Assembly: GCA_049305795.1 (NCBI GenBank) | Contig: JBAQPM010000006.1 | Location: 38,902-102,901, forward strand | Reading direction: 5' to 3' | DNA: 64,000 bases | Source of the DNA: Minisyncoccia bacterium | Lineage (GTDB): Bacteria > Patescibacteriota > Minisyncoccia > Phycocordibacterales > Phycocordibacteraceae | Part shown: piece by piece, positions 27,740 to 38,710 of the stretch | Position numbering within the stretch: the stretch's first letter is position 1 | Layout: every line of letters begins with the position of its first letter | Notes under the pieces: generated by a model | What the model saw: only the letters and a program-made list of their open reading frames with translations | Told to the model about the DNA's origin: nothing | The model's database searches: none | Position numbers and translations under genes: made by a program

Positions 27740-27812
27740 TGGACCGTACAGGATTTGAACCTGCGACCCCCTCATTGCAAATGAGGTGCTCTACCAACTG
27801 AGCTAACGGCCC
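27740..27812 (-). tRNA. tRNA-Ala (anticodon TGC)
   Basis: The cloverleaf folds by hand: acceptor GGGCCGT/ACGGTCC with G3:U70, anticodon loop TTTGCAA, T-loop TTCAAAT. No CCA is encoded. Confidence 0.85.
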
Positions 27813-27880
27813 TCTGAATTTCACAAGCCTACTTGGCCCGTGGGCTCCTTTATACCATAACGAAGGTATACTGTGTATAT

Positions 27881-28780
27881 ATGCGCCTGTTCACGCTTCT
27901 GGCTTTGCTTGGTCTTTCGGGCTTTGTCTATATTCAATCGGCCCGAATTGAGCAATTGCAAGGGACGCTCGCGGTCCTGGAAACTCAAGTGGGAGGGGTC
28001 GGAGATACAGCTCTTCAGCTTTCAGGGCAGCTGCAAGATGTGGCCTCTATTGCAAGTTCTACGGCTGCTAGCACAGCCGAGTTTGCGAAAAAGGGGACTC
28101 AAGATGAAATTCTTCAAAGGGCGGTGGCAAAAGTAACTCCTGCCGTCGTTTCCATTGTTGAAACCAAGCAAACACAATTTGTCGTTTCTTATACCGATGC
28201 TTTTGGAAAAACTGCAGAAATACCTGCAAACACTTCTCCTAAAAAAGTTGCTTCTGGAACAGGATTTTTGGTGCGATCGAATGGATACATCGTTACGAAC
28301 CGCCACGTAGTGGCGGATACGGATGTGGGCGTTGTATATACCGTGACTCTTTCTGATGGAAGTGAAAAAATTGCAACGGTCGTGTGGCGTGATCCGACAG
28401 AAGACATCGCCATCCTTAAAATCTCCGGCACAGAATTTCCTACCGTTCCTCTTGGAGACTCTTCAATGCTCCATCTTGGCGAAACAGTGTTTGCCGTGGG
28501 CAATGTGCTCGGAAAATATAGTAACTCTGTTTCCACGGGAATCATTTCGGGACTAAATCGAAGTTTGAAAGCACGTGGAAGTGATGGCGCAATTGAATCT
28601 CTATCCGGAGTTATCCAGACTGACGCAGCTGTAAACTTTGGAAACTCCGGTGGGCCCTTGGTGGACTTGGAAGGAAATGCGGTCGGAGTGAATGTCGCGA
28701 CTGTTTCAGATTCTGAAAATATCAGCTTCTCAATTCCTATTTCAGAAGTTAAAAGTATATTGATAAGATTGGGCATTTAA
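27881..28780 (+). CDS. S1C trypsin-like serine protease (HtrA-like protease domain, no PDZ), membrane-anchored
   Basis: The catalytic triad context is TNRHVV, DIAILK, GNSGGPL. There is an N-terminal TM segment. TTG at 27833 is an alternative start. Confidence 0.8.
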   Translation: MRLFTLLALLGLSGFVYIQSARIEQLQGTLAVLETQVGGVGDTALQLSGQLQDVASIASSTAASTAEFAKKGTQDEILQRAVAKVTPAVVSIVETKQTQFVVSYTDAFGKTAEIPANTSPKKVASGTGFLVRSNGYIVTNRHVVADTDVGVVYTVTLSDGSEKIATVVWRDPTEDIAILKISGTEFPTVPLGDSSMLHLGETVFAVGNVLGKYSNSVSTGIISGLNRSLKARGSDGAIESLSGVIQTDAAVNFGNSGGPLVDLEGNAVGVNVATVSDSENISFSIPISEVKSILIRLGI

Positions 28781-28791
28781 AAATAAACACC

Positions 28792-29250
28792 ATGGAAAGA
28801 AAACTTCTCACGCTCTGCATACTTCAGCACGAGGGGCGGTTCTTACTTGGAATGAAAAAGAAAGGAATGGGAACGGGGAACTGGAATGGTTTTGGGGGAA
28901 AGGTTGAAGAAGGGGAGGCTATTGAAGTTGCGGCAAAAAGGGAAATGCAAGAAGAGTCTGGAGTAATCGTTTTAGACTTAGAAGAAGTGGGCGTGCTTAT
29001 GTTTACGGCACCAACGCGGCCACCTCTTGAAATGCATATTTTCAAATCAACAAAATATACGGGGACGCCAATTGAAAGCGATGAAATGAAACCGGAATGG
29101 TTTTACAAAGACGAGTTACCTTTTGGCGGAATGTGGTCTTCCGACCTTTACTGGTGGCCGTTATTTTTGCGGGGCAAACGTTTTACTGGCGACTTTGTCT
29201 TTGATGAAAACGATAAGGTGATTTCTCACGAACTTACGGAAGTTATTTAG
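28792..29250 (+). CDS. NUDIX hydrolase (MutT-like)
   Basis: The Nudix box is GGKVEEGEAIEVAAKREMQEESGV. Confidence 0.85.
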   Translation: MERKLLTLCILQHEGRFLLGMKKKGMGTGNWNGFGGKVEEGEAIEVAAKREMQEESGVIVLDLEEVGVLMFTAPTRPPLEMHIFKSTKYTGTPIESDEMKPEWFYKDELPFGGMWSSDLYWWPLFLRGKRFTGDFVFDENDKVISHELTEVI

Positions 29251-29352
29251 TAGTCTGGATATGTTATTCTCGACTTCGTCGCGGGCTGTAAGCGAAGCTT
29301 TCAGCTCCTCGTTTCGTTCAAGGATACCTGCGTGGTATCCTCTCTCTCAACT

Positions 29353-29423
29353 CGGGCTGTAGTATACCGGTAGTACGCGTCCATGGGGTGGATGTAGACC
29401 GGGTTCGATTCCCGGCAGCCCGA
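29353..29423 (+). tRNA. tRNA-Pro (anticodon GGG)
   Basis: The cloverleaf folds by hand: acceptor CGGGCTG/CAGCCCG, anticodon stem CGTCC/GGATG with loop ATGGGGT, T-arm CCGGG-TTCGATT-CCCGG. Confidence 0.75.
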
Positions 29424-29436
29424 CATAAATAGTGAT

Positions 29437-29464
29437 GAGGAGCCTTTGGAAAAGCTCCTCATGT
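29437..29464. terminator. bidirectional hairpin terminator
   Basis: A perfect palindrome atgaggagc-ctttggaaaa-gctcctcat lies between tRNA-Pro and the convergent minus-strand ORF. Confidence 0.55.
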
Positions 29465-29644
29465 GTTCGTGTCCGTTTCCTCAAGCATCAAAAACCTGCT
29501 CCAGATCCGGTGCTCTTCAATGGCAAGCTCAAGAATCGCCACCGCCAATATTTTCTCTTCAAAGAGAAACGCAACCTCCTCCTCCGTTTTCAGAAAAGCT
29601 TTGACTACGGCGGGAACTTTGTCGTCGTTTGACTCGTCTGACAT
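29459..29644 (-). CDS. small acidic hypothetical protein (61 aa)
   Basis: The minus-strand ATG at 29642-29644 is preceded by gaggagggg. Confidence 0.45.
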   Translation of the reverse strand: MSDESNDDKVPAVVKAFLKTEEEVAFLFEEKILAVAILELAIEEHRIWSRFLMLEETDTNT

Positions 29645-29745
29645 AGGTAGCCCCTCCTCACAGCAAAAGTTTTGTCCACCTCCACCAATTATAACCACAA
29701 AACTTTCTTCAGGTTTCGGTCTAGGGTACTGCTACAATTATCCCA

Positions 29746-30786
29746 ATGAGGAGGCTTTTTATCCTTCTTTTTCTGGCGGTTGGAGTCGCCCTCTTTTTTC
29801 TTGCGGTAGTTCCATCAAACACCGAGGTTTCTCGGCTGGCTTTGGTGCCAGAGGCTGCAGATGCGCGCAGTGTTGATACGAAACCCATTCAAATACTTTT
29901 CACGGGAGACGTGATGCTTGACCGGGGTGTTGCGGCACATGCCATACAAAAAGGTGACGATTCTATCATCCTCGGAGTTCAAGAGTTGTTTTCGAGTGTG
30001 GATGCCGTCGTAATCAACATTGAGGGAACTATCACCACAAACCCCTCAGTCGCAATGCCAAACCATGACGATTTACGCTTCACCTTTGATCCGCGTTTTG
30101 CAGCTTGGCTCAAAGACATCGGTGTTACGGTCGTAAGTCTTTCAAATAACCATACTGACGATTTTGGAATGGCAGGCCTTGAAGAAACAAAAATACTGCT
30201 TCGTTCGGTGGGTATCGCCTATTTTGGTTCGCCCTTTAATGATTCTGATCTTTCCACAAAAATAACGGTTCAAAATAAAACGCTCTGTTTTGTCGGCTAC
30301 GAAGGTTTCATTAGCACTGACCCGGCTCCCATTGCTGCGGAAATTGCTCGGCTGCGTCCCGAGTGTGCTTTTCTTGCTGCTACCATGCACGCCGGAGAAG
30401 AATATCAGCCAACGTATACCACGCTTCAGCAGACTGCAGCGCATGCCTTTATCGATGCGGGAGCCGATGTGGTGATTGGGACGCATCCGCATGTGGTTGA
30501 ACCACTCGAAATATACAAAGACAAAGCCATTTTTTACTCGCTTGGCAATTTCATATTTGACCAAGATTTTTCTTTTGCAACCGAACACGGTATTGCGGTT
30601 CGAGCCACGTGGGAGGATGAAAAAACACAGTACGTGCTTATCCCTATTACCATACAGGGAAGCGAGGTGAAGGTAACGCATGACGAAGAGACTGCAAAAA
30701 GAACTCTCACGTCGCTTATTAATGAGCAGGTGCCACCCGACATCGCGACGGCTATTCTTTCCACGCATTCCTTTATGCTCCCGTAG
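29746..30786 (+). CDS. CapA/PGA_cap-family metallophosphoesterase-like protein
   Basis: Motifs GDVMLDRG, NIEGTIT and SLSNNHTDDFG are present, with an N-terminal TM anchor. Confidence 0.75.
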   Translation: MRRLFILLFLAVGVALFFLAVVPSNTEVSRLALVPEAADARSVDTKPIQILFTGDVMLDRGVAAHAIQKGDDSIILGVQELFSSVDAVVINIEGTITTNPSVAMPNHDDLRFTFDPRFAAWLKDIGVTVVSLSNNHTDDFGMAGLEETKILLRSVGIAYFGSPFNDSDLSTKITVQNKTLCFVGYEGFISTDPAPIAAEIARLRPECAFLAATMHAGEEYQPTYTTLQQTAAHAFIDAGADVVIGTHPHVVEPLEIYKDKAIFYSLGNFIFDQDFSFATEHGIAVRATWEDEKTQYVLIPITIQGSEVKVTHDEETAKRTLTSLINEQVPPDIATAILSTHSFMLP

Positions 30787-30817
30787 TTTCTATGCTTGTT
30801 TGTGGTAAGGTGCAATT

Positions 30818-31303
30818 ATGAATCGAACGAAAGAGTACAAACCGACCATTGTGGAGAAAATCACCACCAATGTAGGCTCGGTCCCGTCGCTCGTGATGCA
30901 CACGCTCGTATTTGCGAGTTTTTTCGGGCTTTCAATTGAAGGTGTCGTTTCCTGGGATTTGATGTTTTTAATTTTGACCACGATTGTTTCGCTCGAAGCC
31001 ATCTATCTTGCCATTTTCATTCAAATGTCGGTAAACCGACAGGCGCAAAGCTTGCGCGAAGTTGAGGAAAACGTCGACGAAATTCAAGAAGACATTGAGG
31101 AAATTAGTGAAGACGTCGACGAGATTCAAAAGGACGTTGATGAAATTCAAGAAGATGTGGACGAAATCCAGGAGGATGTGGAAGAAATCACCGAGGAGGG
31201 TGCAGGAGAAGCGCAAACAATCTCACCCGTTACACTTGAACAACTCACAGCAGACATTCGTCGTGTCCTTGCCGACATTGAAACCCTAAAGACAAAACAG
31301 TAA
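30818..31303 (+). CDS. DUF1003-like membrane protein with C-terminal acidic octapeptide tandem repeats
   Basis: The TM core has the MSVNRQAQ motif. It is followed by (D/E)(V/I)(D/E)EIQ(E/K)D repeated 4 times, encoded by 24-bp DNA repeats at 31081-31190. Confidence 0.65.
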   Translation: MNRTKEYKPTIVEKITTNVGSVPSLVMHTLVFASFFGLSIEGVVSWDLMFLILTTIVSLEAIYLAIFIQMSVNRQAQSLREVEENVDEIQEDIEEISEDVDEIQKDVDEIQEDVDEIQEDVEEITEEGAGEAQTISPVTLEQLTADIRRVLADIETLKTKQ

Positions 31304-31323
31304 AGTAGGCTTTGTTATCTAAA

Positions 31324-31396
31324 GGGCCCGTAGCTCACTTGGTAGAGCGCTGCCATGGCATGGCAGAGGTAAGGGGTTCGATCCCCCTCGGGTCCA
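31324..31396 (+). tRNA. tRNA-Ala (anticodon GGC)
   Basis: The acceptor GGGCCCG/CGGGTCC has G3:U70. The anticodon stem is CTGCC/GGCAG with loop ATGGCAT, and the T-loop is TTCGATC. Confidence 0.85.
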
Positions 31397-31529
31397 CTAA
31401 AACAACGAGTCGAAGACGACTATGTTTTAGTAGGATGTCGCCGTCCTCGGCGACGCCACAAAACAACGCTTTTTATACTTCCTACTTTAATGCTAAATTC
31501 AAACCAGTCGTTCTTAAAGGGAGGTCCGT

Positions 31530-31937
31530 ATGACCCAGTACGTAATCGAGGAAACTCTTCTTGAAAAAGCTTTGGGGGAGTTGATACAGCATCTCCGGCA
31601 CGATTTTCCGGATATTTCAGATGATGTGATTCAGGAAAAAGCTAGAGAAAGGTTTTCCCGAGCACTAAGTCTGGCTATAGAATATTACGAACGGTATGCG
31701 GCACCATACCCCAAAAACGTTGAGTCTCTTGCAGAAGCAAGGCAATTTAATGAGCTTTGCAAAAAATTGAAGTTGCCGAATCGGGAGGTGATAGGGATTC
31801 TTCGTGAATTCATCATAAAACGAATAGCGGCAGATCACCGAGCAGCACTCGTACAAATACTTGTAGTTAATGGGGGCCAAACTCGCACCACAGCAGACAA
31901 AATTATTAGAAAACATGTTCTTGCTGATAAGACATGA
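31530..31937 (+). CDS. hypothetical protein (135 aa)
   Basis: The RBS gggagg is 5 nt upstream. A strong terminator follows. Confidence 0.55.
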   Translation: MTQYVIEETLLEKALGELIQHLRHDFPDISDDVIQEKARERFSRALSLAIEYYERYAAPYPKNVESLAEARQFNELCKKLKLPNREVIGILREFIIKRIAADHRAALVQILVVNGGQTRTTADKIIRKHVLADKT

Positions 31938-31970
31938 AAGGGCGTCCTGGGAAGGACGCCCTTTCTCTTT
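31937..31970 (+). terminator. rho-independent terminator
   Basis: The hairpin is aagggcgtcc-tggg-aaggacgccctt followed by tctctttt. Confidence 0.7.
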
Positions 31971-32017
31971 TACCCACCAATCGCTTGACGCCCGCCAAAA
32001 TATGCTATGCTTTCCCA

Positions 32018-32185
32018 ATGACCGACGAAAACAAAGTAATTGGGTATTGTGTGAAGTGCAAAGAAAAGCGTGAAATGAAGGACGTAGAAAAGGTAGAAAT
32101 TAAACCAGGTCGCCCAGCAGCAAAAGGTAAGTGCACCGTTTGTGGCACCGGTATGTACAAGATCCTTCCTAAGGACCAAGCGTAA
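32018..32185 (+). CDS. small zinc-ribbon protein (55 aa)
   Basis: Cysteine pairs CVKC...CTVC are present. A TTGACG promoter-like hexamer lies at 31985. A terminator follows at 32198-32232. Confidence 0.45.
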   Translation: MTDENKVIGYCVKCKEKREMKDVEKVEIKPGRPAAKGKCTVCGTGMYKILPKDQA

Positions 32186-32197
32186 ATTCTTACTAGC

Positions 32198-32232
32198 TCG
32201 TAAAAACAAAACACCGCCTAAAGCGGTGTTTT
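32198..32232 (+). terminator. rho-independent terminator
   Basis: The hairpin is aaaacaccgc-ctaa-agcggtgtttt followed by gtcgtt. Confidence 0.65.
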
Positions 32233-32322
32233 GTCGTTATGGGGACATCTGGTATCATTTGTCCATGGACAGGGCCCAGCATATGTCCCGCGCGGCTGCG
32301 CGGTCGTTCGTCTCGTAACCGT

Positions 32323-33069
32323 ATGCATTCGGGAGTTGAAGTGGTGCTTAAAGCAGAGGAACTCGGACACTTTTTCGGGCTACCCATCACCAACAGTCTC
32401 GTGATGTCATGGCTCGTCGTCGTCATACTCATTATTGCGGGAATAATGATTGGAAGAAGTGTAAAGCTAAAACCGGGGAAATTTGTGGCAGGACTCGAGT
32501 GGGCTTTTGAAGGTGCTTTTAACTACATTGCCAACACCCTTGGAAGCGAAGCGCTTGCGCGGAAATTCTTTCCGCTTCTCGCGACGGTTTTCCTTTTCAT
32601 TCTTGTTGGAAATGAACTTGCCTTCATTCCAGGCGTGGGATCAATCGGCATCATGGAAGGAAATATTTTCGTTCCAGCGCTTCGGGCACCTGCGGCAGAC
32701 CTCAATTTCACGCTCGCCCTTGCCATTATTGCGTTCTTTACGATTGAGGTTACGGGCATACTCACCATCGGCTTCTTGAAGTACGCCGGAAAATTCGTTA
32801 ACCTGAAGTCACCCATCGGTTTTGTGGTGGGTATCATTGAATTGGTTTCAAACCTGGGCCGTCTCATTTCCTTCTCATTCCGTCTCTTTGGGAACATTTT
32901 TGCCGGGGAAGTGATGATTCTGGTGGCAGGCTATTTCCTACCGTATTTCCTTCCGGTGCCGCTCATTGCTTTTGAGGTATTCGTGGGAATGATCCAGGCG
33001 CTCGTGTTTTCGATGCTCATTCTGTTTTTCATCAAGCTTGCTATCCTTGAGCCACACGAGAGCCACTAA
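32323..33069 (+). CDS. atpB: F0F1 ATP synthase subunit a
   Basis: The motif FRLFGNIFAGEV is present and the N-terminus is LKAEELGHFFGLPITNSL. The start is uncertain (ATG 32323 or GTG 32340). Confidence 0.85.
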   Translation: MHSGVEVVLKAEELGHFFGLPITNSLVMSWLVVVILIIAGIMIGRSVKLKPGKFVAGLEWAFEGAFNYIANTLGSEALARKFFPLLATVFLFILVGNELAFIPGVGSIGIMEGNIFVPALRAPAADLNFTLALAIIAFFTIEVTGILTIGFLKYAGKFVNLKSPIGFVVGIIELVSNLGRLISFSFRLFGNIFAGEVMILVAGYFLPYFLPVPLIAFEVFVGMIQALVFSMLILFFIKLAILEPHESH

Positions 33070-33097
33070 GTAGAGGCTTTGTTGTGGCTTCGGCTGA

Positions 33098-33370
<273 letters not shown>

Positions 33371-33414
33371 GGCTTTGACGTCACCCTCAGGCTTTACTTG
33401 GTAACTACGCAAGA

Positions 33415-33861
33415 ATGGAACAACTTTTCGAGGCATTCGGTATTAATTGGAAATTGCTTCTCGCACAAGCGGTGAACTTTGGTGTACTTCTTGTTGCACT
33501 TCGCTATTTCCTCTACCGGCCAGTCATGGATGTTCTTGAAAAGCGCAGAATACTGGTTGCAAAGGGTGTTGAAGACGCGCAGGCAGCAACAGAAAAATTA
33601 GCGCAAGCTGACACGGAAGCGTCAGCACGTCTTTCGGTTGCAGAAACACAGGCGTCTGAAATTGTTGAAACTGCTCGACATTCTGCAACTGACGAAAAGA
33701 CCCGCATTGTAAAAGACGCCGAGCTTCGTGCAGCGCGTGTGGCGGAAGACGCTGAGCTTCGTGCAAAAGAGGTGGCAGCAAAGACGCTTCGTGAAAGCGA
33801 ACAAGAAATTTCCCGACTCGCCATTTTGGCAGCAGGGAAGGTGCTTGCTGAAAAGTCATGA
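33415..33861 (+). CDS. atpF: F0F1 ATP synthase subunit b
   Basis: A single N-terminal TM is followed by a long charged helix. Confidence 0.85.
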   Translation: MEQLFEAFGINWKLLLAQAVNFGVLLVALRYFLYRPVMDVLEKRRILVAKGVEDAQAATEKLAQADTEASARLSVAETQASEIVETARHSATDEKTRIVKDAELRAARVAEDAELRAKEVAAKTLRESEQEISRLAILAAGKVLAEKS

Positions 33862-34232
33862 TTAGCGCGCGCGTCTACGCCAAAGCACTCGCGCGTCTCT
33901 CTTTAAAAGACGCTGCGAACAAAAACGCTGTTCAGAATCTTGTAACGCACCTCAGAGGTGCTGGACGGATTAAACTTTTACCCGCCATTCTTTCTGAGCT
34001 TAAAAGTATCGAAGCGCGTGCTGCAAAACTTTCTCCTCGTGTTGAGGTAGCGCGCGAAGCCGATGTTGCTCTAAGTCTTGCGGCTGCTCGTAAAGAGGGT
34101 ATCGAAACCACAGAGGCTAGGGTAAACCCGAATCTCGTAAGGGGGTGGCGTGCGATGAATAAGGGAATGCTTGTCGACCGTTCGGCAAAACATTCACTCG
34201 TAGAACTTTATAGGAATATTACAACCCGATAG
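33858..34232 (+). CDS. atpH: F0F1 ATP synthase subunit delta (short, 124 aa)
   Basis: The operon position and an OSCP-like helical pattern support the call. The start overlaps the atpF stop. Confidence 0.65.
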   Translation: MISARVYAKALARLSLKDAANKNAVQNLVTHLRGAGRIKLLPAILSELKSIEARAAKLSPRVEVAREADVALSLAAARKEGIETTEARVNPNLVRGWRAMNKGMLVDRSAKHSLVELYRNITTR

Positions 34233-34234
34233 GT

Positions 34235-35782
34235 ATGGAGAGCATTATCAAACGAATCGAAGAAGAAATCACGGCATTTGCGCCGACATTTGCCACAGAA
34301 GAAGTGGGTACCGTCCGCACGGCGGGTGACGGTATTACGGAAATTGACGGTCTCACGAATGCCGTCATGACCGAAATGGTGCTTTTCGATCCGACATTTG
34401 ATCGAACGCTTGAAGAAGCATTGAAAGATCCGCAGCCGCTTTACGGTCTTGTGCTCAACCTTGAAGAAGATGGTGTGCGTGCCGTGGTCCTTGGAGATGC
34501 GTCCAAGGTTTACGAAGGCATGCTCGTTCGTCGTCTCGGTCGTTTGCTCTCCATTCCTGTGGGTGAAGGTTTCATTGGGCGTGTGGTAAACCCGCTTGGT
34601 GAACCCGTTGATGGGAAAGGTCCTATCGTTTCCAAAGAAGTACGACCAATCGAACGCGAAGCATACGGCGTTATTGATCGCGCTCCAGTGAATGTGCCGC
34701 TTCACACGGGCATCAAAGCAATCGATGCCATGATTCCGATTGGTCGCGGACAGCGAGAGCTCATCATTGGAGACCGCGGAACAGGAAAAACAGCCGTTGC
34801 TATCGATACTATTTTAAACCAGCAGAACGAGCCGGAAGATAAGCGTCCCATTTGTATTTACGTTGCCATAGGCCAAAAGGAATCTAAGACCGCAAAACTG
34901 GTCGCCGAACTTGCCGAAAAGGGAGCCATGGAATATTCCATCGTTGTCACTGCCCCTGCCTCAAGCCCTGCCGCGCTTCAATACCTCGCACCTTTTGCGG
35001 GTGCAACCCTTGGTGAATATTTCATGGAACAGGGCAAGGACGCGCTGGTGGTATACGACGATCTTTCAAAACAAGCAGTCGCCTATCGCCAAATGTCTTT
35101 GCTCCTTCGCCGTCCTCCTGGTCGCGAAGCATATCCGGGCGACGTGTTTTATCTGCACTCTCGCCTTCTTGAGCGTGCTGCAAAACTCTCGAAAGAAAAG
35201 GGAGGGGGTTCACTCACAGCTCTTCCCATTATCGAAACGCAAGATAATGACGTATCAGCGTACATTCCAACCAACGTGATTTCAATCACGGACGGTCAAA
35301 TCTTCCTTGAGTCGAATCTTTTTAACCAGGGCCAGCGTCCGGCTATCAACGTCGGTATTTCGGTTTCGCGTGTGGGCTCTTCCGCGCAAACGAAGGCTAT
35401 GAAAAAAGTGTCAGGCAAAATCAAGCTTGAGCTCGCACAGTTCCGCGAACTTGAAGCCTTCATGCAATTTTCTTCTGATCTTGATGCCGACACCAAGGCG
35501 CGCATTGATTCTGGACGTCGTATGACGGAAGTTCTCAAGCAAAACCGCGGTGAGCCTTTGGCATTTGAAATTGAATCCACGATTATCTTTGCAGCAACCA
35601 ATGGTTACTTTGACCGATTCTCTCCAGAGGAAATTGGTGGTGTTGAAAAGAAACTTCGCGACTTTCTTGCTCGTGAAGGAAAAGCAGAGCTTGAAGCAAT
35701 CAAAACATCTCGTGAGATAAGCGAGGAAACCGAAAAGACACTTCGTCCAAAACTTGAGCGTTTTGCCGAGCACGCCGCATAA
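34235..35782 (+). CDS. atpA: F0F1 ATP synthase subunit alpha
   Basis: A Walker A motif GDRGTGKT and full-length alpha hallmarks are present. Confidence 0.95.
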   Translation: MESIIKRIEEEITAFAPTFATEEVGTVRTAGDGITEIDGLTNAVMTEMVLFDPTFDRTLEEALKDPQPLYGLVLNLEEDGVRAVVLGDASKVYEGMLVRRLGRLLSIPVGEGFIGRVVNPLGEPVDGKGPIVSKEVRPIEREAYGVIDRAPVNVPLHTGIKAIDAMIPIGRGQRELIIGDRGTGKTAVAIDTILNQQNEPEDKRPICIYVAIGQKESKTAKLVAELAEKGAMEYSIVVTAPASSPAALQYLAPFAGATLGEYFMEQGKDALVVYDDLSKQAVAYRQMSLLLRRPPGREAYPGDVFYLHSRLLERAAKLSKEKGGGSLTALPIIETQDNDVSAYIPTNVISITDGQIFLESNLFNQGQRPAINVGISVSRVGSSAQTKAMKKVSGKIKLELAQFRELEAFMQFSSDLDADTKARIDSGRRMTEVLKQNRGEPLAFEIESTIIFAATNGYFDRFSPEEIGGVEKKLRDFLAREGKAELEAIKTSREISEETEKTLRPKLERFAEHAA

Positions 35783-35787
35783 ACATC

Positions 35788-36318
35788 ATGCACATCAAGG
35801 TCGGTACAAAAAACAAAGCAAAGGTCGGAGCCGTAGAAGAAATTCTCGCTGACTACCCGCACCTCAAAGATGCGGTGGTTGAAGGCGTTGAAGTCTCTTC
35901 CGGTGTTGCCGACCAGCCTAAGTCGCTTGAAGAAACTATTGCTGGCGCTGAAAATCGCGCGAAGGCAGCTTTTGTTGATTGTGCCTATGCTATTGGTATT
36001 GAGTCAGGCCTTATGGCAGTGCCTCGAACGAAAAGTGGTTTTATGGATGTGTGTGTTTGTGCCATTTATGACGGTTCAGAACTTCACCTAGGACTTTCTT
36101 CTGGTTGGGAATTTCCCGATCCAACCATCATAACGAAACATATGATTGCCGAAGGCTTGAATCTTACAGAGGCAGCTAACAAAGCGGGTCTCACAAATAA
36201 TCCTTCTATTGGTTCTGGTGAAGGAATCATCAACACTCTTACAAAAGGTCGTATGGATCGAAAAGAGTATACGAAACAAGCACTTCTCACAGCTCTCATT
36301 CATATCGATCCTCTGTAA
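35788..36318 (+). CDS. inosine/xanthosine triphosphatase, YjjX/DUF84 (Maf-Ham1 superfamily), embedded in the atp operon
   Basis: The translation MHIKVGTKNKAKVGAVEEIL...VSSGVADQPKSLEETIAGAENRA...AIGIESGL aligns with the E. coli YjjX motifs (SGVPEQP, EET..GA.NR, IEAG). Confidence 0.7.
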   Translation: MHIKVGTKNKAKVGAVEEILADYPHLKDAVVEGVEVSSGVADQPKSLEETIAGAENRAKAAFVDCAYAIGIESGLMAVPRTKSGFMDVCVCAIYDGSELHLGLSSGWEFPDPTIITKHMIAEGLNLTEAANKAGLTNNPSIGSGEGIINTLTKGRMDRKEYTKQALLTALIHIDPL

Positions 36319-36323
36319 ACGCT

Positions 36324-37231
36324 ATGGCACTCAAAGATGTAAAAGCAAAGATTCAGGCAACGCTTCGCACGCACAAAGTAACGCGGGCGATGGAAGCGGT
36401 CTCTGCCGTAAAAATGCGCAAGACCCAAGTGAGTGCACTTGGCGGCCGTGCATATGCGCGTGCCGCGCTTTCCATCCTTGCCCGCCTTTCGGGAACGGCG
36501 GATTTCAAAAGCCATTCGCTTGCAAGTATTCGTCCGGTTAAAAATATTGCCGTGGTGCTTATCACCAGTGATAAAGGTCTTGCAGGATCCCTAAACAGTA
36601 GTGTGATAAAGGCAGCGGTCGAAATAATTGCAGACCGGCCAAAGGATTCTGTGCGTATATACGCATATGGCCGAAAGGGTGAAGAATATTTCGCTCGTCG
36701 TGGGTACACCATTGAAAAATCCTTCGAAAATAAATTAGACGACATACCAACTGCGGCAGTGGAAGCACTTTCCGCAGAACTGTCCGCTGGATTTTCGGAA
36801 GGTCTTTTCGATGAAGCAGTTGCCGTGTATAGCAATTTCAAATCCACCTTTGAACAATTGCCAACAGCACGAACCTTTTTGCCGGTTTCAGTTTCGAGTA
36901 TCGAACAGCTCGTTGCAGATATTGTTCCCATTCGCGGTAAATGGAGTGATGAAATTTCCACGAAAGCCCCGACGAGCTACACTATCGAACCTTCGCCGGA
37001 AGTGGTGCTTGATACGCTCGTGCCACGCCTCGTTTCCGTGTCGCTCTACCATATGCTTCTTGAATCAAAAGCCTCGGAGCATTCGGCACGCATGGTGGCG
37101 ATGAAAAATGCAAGCGACAAATCGAAAGAACTGGCGCAAGATCTTACCCGAACATTCAACAAGATTCGTCAGGCCGCAATCACTCGCGAAGTGTCGGAAA
37201 TTGTGAGTGGCCGGGAAGCATTATCAGCTTA

Positions 37232-37232
<1 letters not shown>
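36324..37232 (+). CDS. atpG: F0F1 ATP synthase subunit gamma
   Basis: The N-terminus is MALKDVKAKIQATLRTHKVTRAMEAVSAVKMRK and the C-terminal helix is conserved. Confidence 0.9.
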
Positions 37233-38707
<1,475 letters not shown>

Positions 38708-38710
38708 CGC

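Noticed and set aside
29286-29352. Second tRNA upstream of tRNA-Pro, suggested by the CGGGCTGTAAG repeat of the tRNA 5' end
   Set aside because: Only about 11 nt match. No cloverleaf can be folded. It is likely a short duplication or coincidence.
31312-31533. 73-aa ORF on the + strand
   Set aside because: It overlaps the tRNA-Ala(GGC) gene and its downstream hairpins. It is an artefact of the tRNA sequence.
36353-36961. 202-aa minus-strand ORF
   Set aside because: It is antisense within atpG.
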